DNA of 64,000 nucleotides from an uncultured Chloroflexia bacterium (GTDB taxonomy: Bacteria > Chloroflexota > Limnocylindria > Limnocylindrales > CSP1-4): NCBI GenBank assembly GCA_963809215.1, contig CAWEIJ010000002.1, positions 1,108,201 through 1,172,200 on the forward strand, read 5' to 3'. The position numbers and the translations under genes are program-made. Below the pieces are notes generated by a model. That model had not been told where the DNA came from, searched no databases, and saw nothing but the letters and a program-made list of their open reading frames with translations. The stretch's first letter is position 1, and every line of letters begins with the position of its first letter. Positions 18,181-27,594 of this stretch are shown piece by piece.

Positions 18181-18183
18181 CCG

Positions 18184-18630
18184 GTGCGGGCGCTCCTCCA
18201 GCGCGTCAGCCGCGCGGAGGTCCGGGTCTCGGGTGAGCGGGTCGGCGCGATCGGCCGCGGATTGCTCGTCCTGCTGGGCGTCGCTCCCGACGACGACGAA
18301 GCGACGGCGGACGCGCTTGCCCGCCGGGTCGTCGAGCTTCGGATCCACGAGGACGCCGCCGGCCGGACGAACCTCGCGCTCGGCGACGTCGGGGGCGCCG
18401 TGCTCGCCGTGAGCCAGTTCACGCTCTACGCGGACACGCGGCGCGGGCGCCGGCCCGGCTTCGTCGGTGCCGCGCGGCCGGCCCACGCGGAGGCGCTCTA
18501 TCACCGCTTCTGCGAGGCGCTCGAGGCGACCGGCACGCAGGTCGAGCGGGGACGCTTCGGCGCGCCCATGGCGGTGGAGCTGGTCAACGACGGGCCGTTC
18601 ACCATCTGGCTCGACAGCGCGGATCGCTGA
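18184..18630 (+). CDS. dtd: D-aminoacyl-tRNA deacylase
   Basis: 148 aa. MRALLQRV...GLLVLLGV...SQFTLYAD...NDGPFTIWL is typical of Dtd. Confidence 0.93.
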   Translation: MRALLQRVSRAEVRVSGERVGAIGRGLLVLLGVAPDDDEATADALARRVVELRIHEDAAGRTNLALGDVGGAVLAVSQFTLYADTRRGRRPGFVGAARPAHAEALYHRFCEALEATGTQVERGRFGAPMAVELVNDGPFTIWLDSADR

Positions 18631-18647
18631 TCGCGCCGGACATGCAA

Positions 18648-18670
18648 CGACCCGGCGGGCGGCCGGGTCG
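18648..18670. terminator. GC-rich hairpin between convergent dtd and rpmB (candidate bidirectional terminator, no U-tract)
   Basis: CGACCCGGC-GGGCG-GCCGGGTCG, a 9-bp perfect stem. A second 7-bp hairpin, GCCGGGG...CCCCGGC, lies at about 18683..18702. Confidence 0.35.
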
Positions 18671-18708
18671 GGCAGTGGCGGCGCCGGGGTCACGGCCCCG
18701 GCGGCTGG

Positions 18709-18906
18709 TCAGCGGCTCTTCTTCGTCTGCGTGCGCCTGCAGCGAGTGCAGACGAGCTTGCGGGTCGAGATGCCGCCTTCGACGACGGCGAGCGGCTGCA
18801 GGTTCGGCTGGTAGCGGCGGTGTGCACGGACGCGGTTCATCCCGCTCGACTGCGGATTGAAGCCGCCCATGGAGACCTTGCCGCAGATCGCGCAGCTCCG
18901 GGCCAT
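18709..18906 (-). CDS. rpmB: 50S ribosomal protein L28
   Basis: The C-terminal 65 aa of minus ORF 18709..19536: MARSCAICGKVSMGGFNPQSSGMNRVRAHRRYQPNLQ...KLVCTRCRRT. Divergent from asp23-yloV, as in Bacillus. Confidence 0.93.
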   Translation of the reverse strand: MARSCAICGKVSMGGFNPQSSGMNRVRAHRRYQPNLQPLAVVEGGISTRKLVCTRCRRTQTKKSR

Positions 18907-19006
18907 CGGGTTCCTCAGGTGCGGGTGTCCGGTCGGCGGGCAGCCCGCCGCCCCATGCGCCCCCTCGGCACGCGAAAGCGCCGCCGGGGAAGGGGTCCGG
19001 GGAGGC

Positions 19007-19018
19007 TGTATGCTAGCA
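19007..19018. promoter_or_regulatory. Overlapping divergent -10-like elements (plus TATGCT toward asp23; minus TGcTAGCAT toward rpmB)
   Basis: The near-palindromic CTGTATGCTAGCACA is the only A/T-rich patch in the rpmB/asp23 divergent spacer. Confidence 0.25.
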
Positions 19019-19059
19019 CATCGTCCGCGTCCAGCCGTCGAATCGCGAGGAGATCTCCG

Positions 19060-19552
19060 ATGCCCGAGCAGCCGACACGAGCCGTGCCGGGCCGGGCCGT
19101 CGTGGCGCGCCGGGCCCTTCGCGAGATCGTGCGCGACGCCGCACTGGGCAGCTACGGCGTGACGGGCCTCGCCGAGCCGACCCTGCTGGCGCGCTGCCGC
19201 GCCCGGCTGGGGATGGGGAGCCGGGCCATCCGGATGACGCTCCACCCGACCGTCGCGACCGAGCTCTGGCTCACCGTCGCCTACGGCGTCCCGGTGGCGG
19301 AGGTCGCGCGACAGGTCGACTCGGCCGTCCGCTACCGGCTGGAGCGAGCGCTCGCGCGCGACCGTGGGGCCGGTGACGATCCACGTCCAGGGCCTGGGCA
19401 GCCGGGGCGCCCTCACGCGCCCGCCGACGCCGACGCCGCAGCCCGCGGCGGAGGCCACGCGAGTCGACCGGTCGGCGGTGCTGGCGGGAGCCGGCGACGG
19501 ACTGGCTTCCCCTGGACCCGTCCATTCGAGCTCCACGGCGGGGGCTGCCTAG
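19060..19552 (+). CDS. Asp23/Gls24 (alkaline shock protein, YloU-like); one +1 frame break near 19360..19364
   Basis: ATG 19060 (RBS GAGGAG). ...ALREIVRDAALGSYGVTGL...VAEVARQVDSAVRYRLERALARD (ORF 18820 frame) joins VGPVTIHVQGLG... (ORF 19364..19552). Length is 3n+1. Confidence 0.8.
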
Positions 19553-19553
19553 C

Positions 19554-21230
19554 GTGGTCCGACTCGCCTGCGACGGGGCCGGCCTGCTGGAGGCGGTCCG
19601 GGCGGCAGTCGCGAACCTGGAGCGCCACGCGGACGAGATCAACGCCCTCAACGTCTTCCCGGTCCCCGACGGCGATACGGGCTCCAACATGCTGGCAACC
19701 TGCACGGAGATGCTGCGCTACGTCCGCGACGACGCGAGCGTGGACGGCGTGGCGGATCGGCTTCGCGAAGGCGCGCTCTTCGGGGCTCGCGGCAACTCCG
19801 GGGTGATCCTGAGCCAGGTCGTGCGCGGGCTCGCGGAGGGCTTCGCCGGGCGGCGTCGATTCAACGGGCTCGACCTCGCCCACGCGCTCGCGTCGGCCAG
19901 CACCGCCGCGTACGGCGCTGTCCCGCGCCCGGTCGAGGGCACGATGCTGACGGTGATCCGCGAGGCCGCGGCGGCGGCGGTCGCGACCGCGGAGCGCGAG
20001 AACGACATCGACGCGGTCCTCGCCGGTGCCACGGCCGCCGCCGAGAAGGCGCTCGCCAAGACGCCGAGCCTGCTGCCGGTGCTCCGCGATGCCGGCGTCG
20101 TCGACTCCGGCGGGGCGGGTCTCGTTCGACTGTTCGAGGGGGCGCTCGGGTACCTGCGCGGCGAGGCGCCCGCGCCAGCCCCCCGCGCCCCTGCGTATCC
20201 CAGCCCCGTGCCGGTCGGCGTCGCCGTCGGCGAGACGGCCCATGGCTACGAGACCGTCTACCTCATCCACCCGTTTCCCGGCCAGCTCCTCGACCTCGAC
20301 CGGATCACCGGGTACCTCGTGCGCACCGGCGAGTCGGTCAACGTCGCGGGCGACGCGAAGGCGGCCAAGATCCACGTCCACAACGGCAGGCCGGACCTGG
20401 TCATGCGCCAGGCGCTCCGGCTCGGCCGGGTGGTCAATGCCACCGTGGTCGACCTCGACCACCAGGCGGACGAGGTTCGCGAGGGCCGCGTCGACGGAAC
20501 CACGCCGACTCTCGCGGCCACGAACGCGTCGGGCGCGGGCGCCGATGTGACCCGCGTGCCGCTGGGCATCATCGCGGTCGTCCCCGGCGACGGCTTCCGG
20601 CCGTACTTCGAGGAGGTCGCCCTCAGCGGCGAGGTCGCCGTGGAGATCGTGCGCGGCGGCCAGGCCGAGAATCCCAGCGCCGGCCAGATCCTCGAGGCGA
20701 TCCGCCGCTCCCCGGCGGAGGAGATCCTGATCCTGCCGAACAACCCGAACGTCAAGCTGGCCGCCGGCCAGGCCGCGGAGATGTCCGACCGCCCGACCCG
20801 CGTCGTGCCCACCCGCAACGCCGCCGAGGGGCTCGCGGCCGTCCTGGCCCTCCAGGCTGCCGACGGCGCGAGCGGCAACGCCGAGCGGATGCTTCGGGCG
20901 AGCCGGGAGGTCCAGACGTTGCTCGTGGCTGCGGCAGTGCGCGACGCGCGGGTCGGGGGCCGCCAGGTCCGCGAGGGGCAGACGATGGCGCTCGATCCTG
21001 ACGACGGCCTCCTGGCCGTCGGCGACGACCGCGACGCCGCGGTCATCGAGGGGTTGTGCTCGTTCACGCCGGGCTTCGGCCTCGTGACGCTCTGGTACGG
21101 CGAGGACGCCACGCTCGCCGAGGCGGAGGGCCTCGCCCGGCGGATCCACGCGCGCTGGCCTGCCCTCGATGATGTCGAGGTGCGGACCGGCCTCCAGCCC
21201 TATTACCGCTACCTGATCAGCGCGGAGTAG
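19554..21230 (+). CDS. DAK2 domain-containing protein (YloV family)
   Basis: 558 aa. N-terminal DhaL/DAK2 motifs VFPVPDGDTGSNM...GARGNSGVILSQ. Conserved asp23-yloV-recG order. Confidence 0.88.
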   Translation: MVRLACDGAGLLEAVRAAVANLERHADEINALNVFPVPDGDTGSNMLATCTEMLRYVRDDASVDGVADRLREGALFGARGNSGVILSQVVRGLAEGFAGRRRFNGLDLAHALASASTAAYGAVPRPVEGTMLTVIREAAAAAVATAERENDIDAVLAGATAAAEKALAKTPSLLPVLRDAGVVDSGGAGLVRLFEGALGYLRGEAPAPAPRAPAYPSPVPVGVAVGETAHGYETVYLIHPFPGQLLDLDRITGYLVRTGESVNVAGDAKAAKIHVHNGRPDLVMRQALRLGRVVNATVVDLDHQADEVREGRVDGTTPTLAATNASGAGADVTRVPLGIIAVVPGDGFRPYFEEVALSGEVAVEIVRGGQAENPSAGQILEAIRRSPAEEILILPNNPNVKLAAGQAAEMSDRPTRVVPTRNAAEGLAAVLALQAADGASGNAERMLRASREVQTLLVAAAVRDARVGGRQVREGQTMALDPDDGLLAVGDDRDAAVIEGLCSFTPGFGLVTLWYGEDATLAEAEGLARRIHARWPALDDVEVRTGLQPYYRYLISAE

Positions 21231-21236
21231 GGAAGC

Positions 21237-23519
21237 GTGGGGACCGCCCGGCCGCGTCCCGCCATCGCCCCGCCCACCGACCCGTTCGGCGCTCCGCTGG
21301 GGACGAGCGGGCTGCCCGGCGCCACCGTCCTCCGGCGCGTGGGGCCGCGGATCGGCCTGCGCACCGTCCGCGACCTCCTCCTGTGGCTGCCCCGCCGGTA
21401 CGACGACCTGCGGGTCCTCCACGACCTCCAGTCGCTCCGCTTCGTGGCGCCGGACACCGTCGTCAGCGCACGCGCGACGGTCCTGCGCGTTCGGGCGGGC
21501 CGAACCGCTCGCCGCGGCATCCAGGTCGTCACGGCAGACCTTGCGGATGGGACGGGCGCGGCCGAGGCCCAGTGGTACGGCCGGCAGTTCGTGGAGCGGC
21601 GCCTCCACGAAGGCGACGACCTGCTCTTCTCGGGCAAGCTCCGCAAGCGCGGCGCGAGCGTCCTCCTCGACAACCCCGTCTTCCAGCCGCCGGACGGCGA
21701 CCTCGTCCATGTCGGCCGCATCGTGCCGGTGTACCGGCTCACGGCCGGCCTTCCGATCCGGACGCTGCGCGCCGCGATCCGCGCTGCGCTCGATCGCCTG
21801 CCCCCGTACCCCGAGTACCTGGGCCCCGGGATTCGCGACGAGCTCGGGCTCGTCGGGATCGGCGAAGCGCTGGCCCAGGTCCACTTCCCGGAGTCGTTCG
21901 CCCGTCGGGACGCCGCCCTCCGGCGACTGGCCTTCGACGAGCTGCTCGCCCTCCAGGTCGGCATGGTGGGACGACGCCGGGAGCGTGCAGTGGCAGCCTC
22001 GGTCTCGATCGCGACGGCGCCGTCCCGCGATGCCGAGATCCGCCGCGAGATCGCGGCCGCGCTGGGCCGACGGCTCGGGCGCGAGGTCTCCCTCACCGAC
22101 GACCAGGCCCGCGCGATGGACGTGATCCGCGACGACGTCCGGGGACCGCACCCGATGCTCCGCCTGCTCCAGGGTGACGTCGGCTCGGGCAAGACCGCCG
22201 TCGCCGCGTACGCGCTCGCGCTCGCCGTGGACGCGGGCGTGCAGGGCGCGCTCCTGGCCCCGACTGACCTCCTGGCGCGCCAGCACGCCGTGACGCTCGA
22301 CGACCTGCTCCGGCCGCTGGGAATCGCGGTCGAGCTGCTGACGGGCTCCCTGGCGGGCGCGGAATCGCGGCGCGTCCTGGACGCGCTGGGCGACGGACGC
22401 GCGAACGTCGTCGTCGGAACCCATGCGCTCTTCTCGGAGAAGGTCGCCTACGCACGGCTGGGCCTCGTGGTCGTCGATGAGCAGCACCGCTTCGGCGTCG
22501 AGCAGCGGGGCGCTCTCGAGGCGAAGACGCGGGGCGGGGCCGCCCACGTCCTCCTGATGACGGCTACACCGATCCCGCGGACGATCGGGCAGGTGCTCTA
22601 CGCCGACCTCGACGTCACCGACCTGCGCACCGTCCCGACCGGACGCCTCCCCATCCGGACGGGATTGCGGCACCCGCTCCATCTCGAGCGCCTCTGGAGC
22701 TTCGTGGCACGCGAGGCCGCCGCGGGCCGCCAGACATTCGTGGTCGTCCCGCACATCGACGACGCGGAGGGGACGGAGGACGCGCCGGGCAACGCGCCGG
22801 GCGACGCGCCTGACGACGTGGCAGGCGCCGAGGCGGAGGTCGTGCGCCTCCGCGCCCTCCTCAACGATCCGGCCCGGGTCGCGGCGGCCGGCCTCGAACG
22901 GGAGCTCGTCCTGGGGCTCGTGCACGGCCGCCTCCGGCCGGCGGACCGGGACGCGACGATGGGACGCTTTCGCGACGGCGCGGTGGACGTCCTCGTCGGG
23001 ACGACGGTCGTCGAGGTGGGGGTCGACGTCCCCGCGGCCAGCGTGATGGTGATCGAGGGCGCGGACCGTTTCGGCCTGGCCCAGCTCCACCAGCTCCGGG
23101 GTCGGGTGGGACGCGCGAACGACCAGGGCTGGTGCGTCCTCGTGAGCGACCGCCTGCCGGTCGACGAGCGTCGCGCCGCGGCGCTCGAGCGGGGCGAGAT
23201 CGAGCCCGACGGGCCCGAGCAGGTGCGGCTGGCCGCGGTCGCTCGGCTGAACGACGGCTTCGCGCTGGCCGAGGTCGACTTCGAGCAGCGCCGCGAGGGC
23301 GACGTCCTCGGGTACGTCCAGCACGGCCTGCCGCGCCTCCGGGTGGCGACGCTGGCGAAGGCCGAGCACCGGGAGCTCGCCGTGGCCGCGCGCCGGCACG
23401 CCGAGGCGATCGTGCTGCCACGCGGCGGGCTGGGCAGCGCCGGCGCCGCGTTCGCGGACGAGCTCGACCACGGCTGGCTGCGCGACGTCGCGGCCGGCGA
23501 GCCGGCCACGGGCGCCTGA
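21237..23519 (+). CDS. recG: ATP-dependent DNA helicase RecG
   Basis: 760 aa. Wedge/OB N-terminus, Walker A GDVGSGKT, DEQHRFGV, helicase C motifs, RGRVGR. Confidence 0.93.
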   Translation: MGTARPRPAIAPPTDPFGAPLGTSGLPGATVLRRVGPRIGLRTVRDLLLWLPRRYDDLRVLHDLQSLRFVAPDTVVSARATVLRVRAGRTARRGIQVVTADLADGTGAAEAQWYGRQFVERRLHEGDDLLFSGKLRKRGASVLLDNPVFQPPDGDLVHVGRIVPVYRLTAGLPIRTLRAAIRAALDRLPPYPEYLGPGIRDELGLVGIGEALAQVHFPESFARRDAALRRLAFDELLALQVGMVGRRRERAVAASVSIATAPSRDAEIRREIAAALGRRLGREVSLTDDQARAMDVIRDDVRGPHPMLRLLQGDVGSGKTAVAAYALALAVDAGVQGALLAPTDLLARQHAVTLDDLLRPLGIAVELLTGSLAGAESRRVLDALGDGRANVVVGTHALFSEKVAYARLGLVVVDEQHRFGVEQRGALEAKTRGGAAHVLLMTATPIPRTIGQVLYADLDVTDLRTVPTGRLPIRTGLRHPLHLERLWSFVAREAAAGRQTFVVVPHIDDAEGTEDAPGNAPGDAPDDVAGAEAEVVRLRALLNDPARVAAAGLERELVLGLVHGRLRPADRDATMGRFRDGAVDVLVGTTVVEVGVDVPAASVMVIEGADRFGLAQLHQLRGRVGRANDQGWCVLVSDRLPVDERRAAALERGEIEPDGPEQVRLAAVARLNDGFALAEVDFEQRREGDVLGYVQHGLPRLRVATLAKAEHRELAVAARRHAEAIVLPRGGLGSAGAAFADELDHGWLRDVAAGEPATGA

Positions 23520-23522
23520 CGG

Positions 23523-24122
23523 GTGGCCGACGCCGGCCGCGTCATCGCCGGCGCCGCCCGCGGGGTCCGCCTGGCCGCCCCGGGCAGAGGGACGCGGCCT
23601 CTCGGCGATCGCGTCAAGCAGGCCGTCTTCGGGGCCCTGGAGCCGGATCTCCCCGGGGCGGCCGTCCTCGACCTCTGTGCCGGGAGCGGCGGCGCGGCGA
23701 TCGAGGCGCTCTCGCGCGGATCCGCGCGTGCCGTCCTCGTGGAGCGCGACGCGGCGACCTGCCGGGTGATCGCCGAGAACCTGCGCCGTGCGGCCGTCGC
23801 CGACCGGGCCCGGGTCGTGCGCGCCGACGCGCTGACGTACCTGGGCGGGCCGGGGATCCTCGACGGACCGTTCGACCTCGTCATCCTCGACCCGCCATAC
23901 GTGGAGGTCGCGCTCCGCGAGGCGTGCCTGATCGCCCTCGGGGCGGCGAACGGGCCGCTTCGCCCGGCCGGCGTCGTCGTGGTCACGGCGCACGGCAAGC
24001 GGCCCCCGCCGGCCATGGCGGGGCTGCTACGATCGACCCGGGAACGCCGCTTCGGCGAGACCCTGGTCGTCTTCTACCGGCGCGGCGCCCCGGAGGACGA
24101 GCCACCGCGGTCCGGCGCCTGA
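23523..24122 (+). CDS. rsmD: 16S rRNA (guanine966-N2)-methyltransferase RsmD
   Basis: RPLGDRVKQAVFG, SAM motif LDLCAGSGG, and DPPY (ILDPPY). Confidence 0.88.
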   Translation: MADAGRVIAGAARGVRLAAPGRGTRPLGDRVKQAVFGALEPDLPGAAVLDLCAGSGGAAIEALSRGSARAVLVERDAATCRVIAENLRRAAVADRARVVRADALTYLGGPGILDGPFDLVILDPPYVEVALREACLIALGAANGPLRPAGVVVVTAHGKRPPPAMAGLLRSTRERRFGETLVVFYRRGAPEDEPPRSGA

Positions 24123-24135
24123 GGCGGAGCGTGCG

Positions 24136-24654
24136 ATGCGCGTCGCGGTCTATCCGGGCTCGTTCGATCCGATCACGTTCGGGCACCTGGACGTGCTGCG
24201 TCGCTCGCTGGACGTCTTCGACCGCGTCGTCGTCGCCGTGCTCGTCAACCCGAAGAAGGCGCCCATGCTCGACGTCGCCGCGAGGGTCGACACGATCGTC
24301 TCGGGCGTCCGCGAGGCGCTCCCGGACCGCGCCGATCGCGTCGACGTCCGCCCGTTCGCCGGCCTGACGGTCGACGCGTGTCGCGAGCTCGGAGCGGGCC
24401 ACATCATCCGCGGGCTGCGCGCCGTGAGCGATTTCGAGGCGGAGCTCCAGATGGCCCACATGAACCACCGGCTGGCGCCGGAGATCGACACGATCTTCTT
24501 CATGACGGCCCTCGAGCACGGCTATCTCTCGTCAAGCCTCGTCCGCGAGATCGTCCGATTCGGAGGCGACCCGGCCGGGATGGTCCCGCCATCCGTCGCC
24601 GCGCGCCTCCTGGCAGCAGCGGCGGCCGAGGGGGCGCCCGTTCGCGTGCGATAA
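24136..24654 (+). CDS. coaD: Phosphopantetheine adenylyltransferase
   Basis: MRVAVYPGSFDPITFGHLDV (T/HxGH) and ...YLSSSLVREI (ISSS-type motif). Confidence 0.95.
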   Translation: MRVAVYPGSFDPITFGHLDVLRRSLDVFDRVVVAVLVNPKKAPMLDVAARVDTIVSGVREALPDRADRVDVRPFAGLTVDACRELGAGHIIRGLRAVSDFEAELQMAHMNHRLAPEIDTIFFMTALEHGYLSSSLVREIVRFGGDPAGMVPPSVAARLLAAAAAEGAPVRVR

Positions 24655-24734
24655 TCCGGCCCGGGCCGGGCACGATCCGGTCCCGGACCGGGCGACCTCC
24701 ACGCCCGTGCTCGGAGGGCGGTCCCATCGACATC

Positions 24735-25253
24735 ATGTTCTTCGTCGAGCGCCTCGAGGCGATGATCGCCAACGGGAGGAAGCTGCCCCTGACGTCGAAC
24801 GTCGTCGTGGACCAGGCCGCGGCACTCGATCTGGTGGACGAGCTGCGCCATGCCGTGCCGGAGGAGGTCCAGTCCGCGCGCCGCATCAACGCCGAGGGGG
24901 AGCGGATCCTGGAGCGGGCGCAGCAGGAGTCCGACCGGATCGTCGCGAAGGCGCAGGAGCAGGCCGCGTTCCTGATCGACGAGCGGGGCCTGACCGAGGC
25001 CGCGGAGGCCGACGGGCGACGGATCGTGGACGAGGCGCTCGCCGAGGCCGCGGAGATCCGGCGCGGATCGGACGAGTACGCCGCGGATGTCCTGGTCCAC
25101 CTCGAGGGCGAGGTCGTCAAGGCGCTCCAGAGCATCCGCCGCGGGATCGAGCTGCTCGACGAGCGACGCGCACCGGCGCCCGACGCGGAGGATGACCAGG
25201 CCTACGACGAGGATCGGGACGCGGTCGCCGCCGACCGCGGCGCCGCTCGGTGA
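24735..25253 (+). CDS. Hypothetical coiled-coil protein (family often annotated as ATPase or ATP-synthase-b-like); start uncertain
   Basis: MFFVERLEAMIANGRKLPLTSNVVVDQ... is followed by long Glu/Ala/Arg heptad-like helices. It sits immediately upstream of yceD, with a GTGA overlap. Confidence 0.65.
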   Translation: MFFVERLEAMIANGRKLPLTSNVVVDQAAALDLVDELRHAVPEEVQSARRINAEGERILERAQQESDRIVAKAQEQAAFLIDERGLTEAAEADGRRIVDEALAEAAEIRRGSDEYAADVLVHLEGEVVKALQSIRRGIELLDERRAPAPDAEDDQAYDEDRDAVAADRGAAR

Positions 25254-25807
25254 CGCTGGCACACCTGGATCGGCCGCTCCTCTTCAACGTCGCCGGACTG
25301 CTGGGCGACCCGCCCGGTGCGTTCCGCGACCTCGTGTTCGTGGACGTGGCCATCTCGCTCGGGGAGGACCTCGTCCAGGCAGACCCCATCGCGGGCGGTG
25401 CGCACGTCCGGCGGACCAACCGCGGCCTCCTGGTGACCGGCCACGTCGCCACGGCGCTCGCGGACACGTGCGGCCGGTGCCTGGCGCCGGTGCGCGTGCC
25501 GCTCGATCTCGCGTTCGACGAGGAGTTCCTGCCGGGCCTCGACATCGGGACGGGGCAGCCGCTGGACCGGACGCTCGAGCCCGAGGTCCCGCGTCTCTCC
25601 GACCACCACGAGATGGACCTCGAGACGCCGGTCCGCGAGGCCATCCAGCTTGCCGCCCCGATCGTGCCGCTCTGCCGCCCGGACTGCCAGGGCCTGTGCC
25701 CGGTCTGCGGCGCGGATCGGAACCTCGGCCCGCACACCCACGCGGACGACCCGGTCGATCCGCGCCTCGAAGGGCTGCGCGACTTCCATCCAGACGCGGA
25801 GGCCTGA
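25250..25807 (+). CDS. yceD: YceD family (DUF177) 23S rRNA accumulation protein
   Basis: CGRCLAPV ... CRPDCQGLCPVCG Cys motifs. Directly upstream of rpmF, as is usual. Confidence 0.88.
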   Translation: MTLAHLDRPLLFNVAGLLGDPPGAFRDLVFVDVAISLGEDLVQADPIAGGAHVRRTNRGLLVTGHVATALADTCGRCLAPVRVPLDLAFDEEFLPGLDIGTGQPLDRTLEPEVPRLSDHHEMDLETPVREAIQLAAPIVPLCRPDCQGLCPVCGADRNLGPHTHADDPVDPRLEGLRDFHPDAEA

Positions 25808-25923
25808 AACCCGCTACACTCCGCCTTCGGCCCGTCACGCGGCTGCGGCGACGCGCCCGGAATCCGACGCCCCAGGCGGTCCTCGCGACCGCGCCGCCCA
25901 ACACCAGAGGAGCGACCACCCCG

Positions 25924-26124
25924 ATGGGTCTCCCGAAGCGCAAGGTCTCGCACGCCCGGCAGGGCGACCGCCGCGCCCACCTCGCGCTCACCGTGCCCAG
26001 CCTTGTCGAGTGCCCGCATTGCCACCAGATGCGGCGCTCCCATCACGCCTGCCCGAATTGCGGCTTCTACCGCGGCCGCCAGGTCGTGGAGCTCAAGAAG
26101 AAGGGCGGCGAGGCCGCCTCCTGA
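25924..26124 (+). CDS. rpmF: 50S ribosomal protein L32
   Basis: MGLPKRKVSHARQGDRRAH...CPHC...CPNCGFYRGRQV. Confidence 0.93.
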   Translation: MGLPKRKVSHARQGDRRAHLALTVPSLVECPHCHQMRRSHHACPNCGFYRGRQVVELKKKGGEAAS

Positions 26125-26173
26125 CGGCAGGGCCGGCGTCACGTCCCAGGCGCCCCCGCAACGGAGCCCGCCG

Positions 26174-27283
26174 ATGGATCTCTCGACCGTCCGCGGCGTC
26201 GAGCACGCTCGGAAGGTTCGCCTCGCGATCGATGCGATGGGAGGCGATCACGCGCCGGACGAGGTCGTCGCGGGCAGCCTGCTCTACGCGGCCGAACATC
26301 CCGACGACGAGCTGATCCTGGTCGGCGACGAGCGTCGCGTGCGGGCGCTTGCCGGCGCCACGCTGCCGGCCAACGTCACGCTCCACCACGCGAGCCAGGC
26401 CATCGAGATGGACGAGCATCCCGCCATGGCACTGCGCGAGAAGCGCGACGCGTCGATCCTCGTGGCCTGTGACCTTGTCAAGCGCGGCGGCGCGGAGGGC
26501 GTGGTCACCGCCGGGCACACCGGCGCCGCGATGGCGGCGGCGGTGCTGCGACTCGGGCGCGTGCCGGGCGTCGACCGCCCGGCGCTGGCCGTCCAGCTCA
26601 TCACGGACGCTGGCCCCTTCGTCCTGCTCGACATCGGGGCCAACCCGGATTCGACGGCCGAGAACCTGCTCCAGTACGCCCACATGGGATCGCTGTTCGC
26701 CGAGCGTGCGCTCGGGGTTGCCCGTCCACGGGTCGCCCTCCTCTCGATCGGTGAGGAGAAGGGGAAGGGTGACGCCCGGATCCAGGGCGCCAGCGAGCTT
26801 CTCGACGTCTCGGGGCTCAACTTCACGGGCAACGTGGAGGGCAAGGACCTGGTCCATCATCCGGCCGATGTCGTGGTCTGCGACGCGGTCCTGGGGAACG
26901 TGGTGATCAAGTTCTTCGAGGGCCTCTCCGGGTTCATCTTCGACCTCTGGCGCAAGGAGTTCGCGACCGGCCTTCGCGGCCGGCTTGCCTATCTCCTCAT
27001 GCGGCCGGGGATCGACCGGATCCGGGCCACGTTCGACTACGAGGTCCTCGGGGGATCGCCCCTGCTCGGGGTGCGGGGCACCGTGATCATCACCCACGGC
27101 CGGGCCCGGCGACGGATGATCAACCACGCCATCGCGGTCGGCGCGGCCTCGGCCCGGGGCCGCCTGCCGCAGCTCATCGGCGAGACGTTCCGGCGGTCCG
27201 CCGCCGTGGAGACCTCGAACGAAGCGTCCGCCCCGGCGCCCGTCGGGCCGGCGCAACCGCCAGCGGCCGGGGCCCCCGCATGA
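26174..27283 (+). CDS. plsX: Phosphate acyltransferase PlsX
   Basis: ATG 26174 lies inside ORF 26003..27283. AIDAMGGDHAP, VTAGHTGAAMA, LLSIGEEKGKG, GNV(V)IK blocks. Confidence 0.93.
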   Translation: MDLSTVRGVEHARKVRLAIDAMGGDHAPDEVVAGSLLYAAEHPDDELILVGDERRVRALAGATLPANVTLHHASQAIEMDEHPAMALREKRDASILVACDLVKRGGAEGVVTAGHTGAAMAAAVLRLGRVPGVDRPALAVQLITDAGPFVLLDIGANPDSTAENLLQYAHMGSLFAERALGVARPRVALLSIGEEKGKGDARIQGASELLDVSGLNFTGNVEGKDLVHHPADVVVCDAVLGNVVIKFFEGLSGFIFDLWRKEFATGLRGRLAYLLMRPGIDRIRATFDYEVLGGSPLLGVRGTVIITHGRARRRMINHAIAVGAASARGRLPQLIGETFRRSAAVETSNEASAPAPVGPAQPPAAGAPA

Positions 27284-27594
27284 GCGCGCCCGGCCTGGCC
27301 GTCAGCCATCCCGTCGTCCGCGATGTGATCCGGCGGGCGGCCCTCGAGGTCCCGGGCGTCCTGCGAGTCGGACGCGGGGGCCCGGCGTGGCGCCGCGCCC
27401 TGTCCGGACGCGCGGTCGGGATCCGGCTCCACGACGGCATGGTGGATGCGCGGGTCGTGGTCGTCGCCCGCGCCGCCCAGCCCCTCCCGGACCTTGCGGC
27501 CGACGTGCGGATGGCGGTTGCCACCGCGATCGTTCGTCTCCTCGGTCTCGAGCTCGGTGCCGTCAGCGTCGTCGTCGACGGCGTCGGTGCCTGA
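27280..27594 (+). CDS. Asp23/Gls24 family protein (YqhY-like, paired with nusB)
   Basis: 104 aa. VIRRAALEVPGVLRV...VATAIVRLLGLELGAVSVVVDGV. ATGA overlap with plsX. Confidence 0.75.
   Translation: MSAPGLAVSHPVVRDVIRRAALEVPGVLRVGRGGPAWRRALSGRAVGIRLHDGMVDARVVVVARAAQPLPDLAADVRMAVATAIVRLLGLELGAVSVVVDGVGA

Noticed and set aside
19413-23993. Very long antisense or alternative-frame ORFs: 19413..23993(-) 1526 aa, 4973..8689(-), 10664..14071(-), 33863..37294(-), 57172..60855(-), 525..3197(-), and many others in the ORF track.
   Set aside because: Their translations are Arg/Pro/Gly/Asp-rich low complexity with no recognisable motifs. They exactly shadow well-supported conserved genes on the other strand or frame. 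Stop-codon depletion in very GC-rich DNA produces such ORFs routinely.
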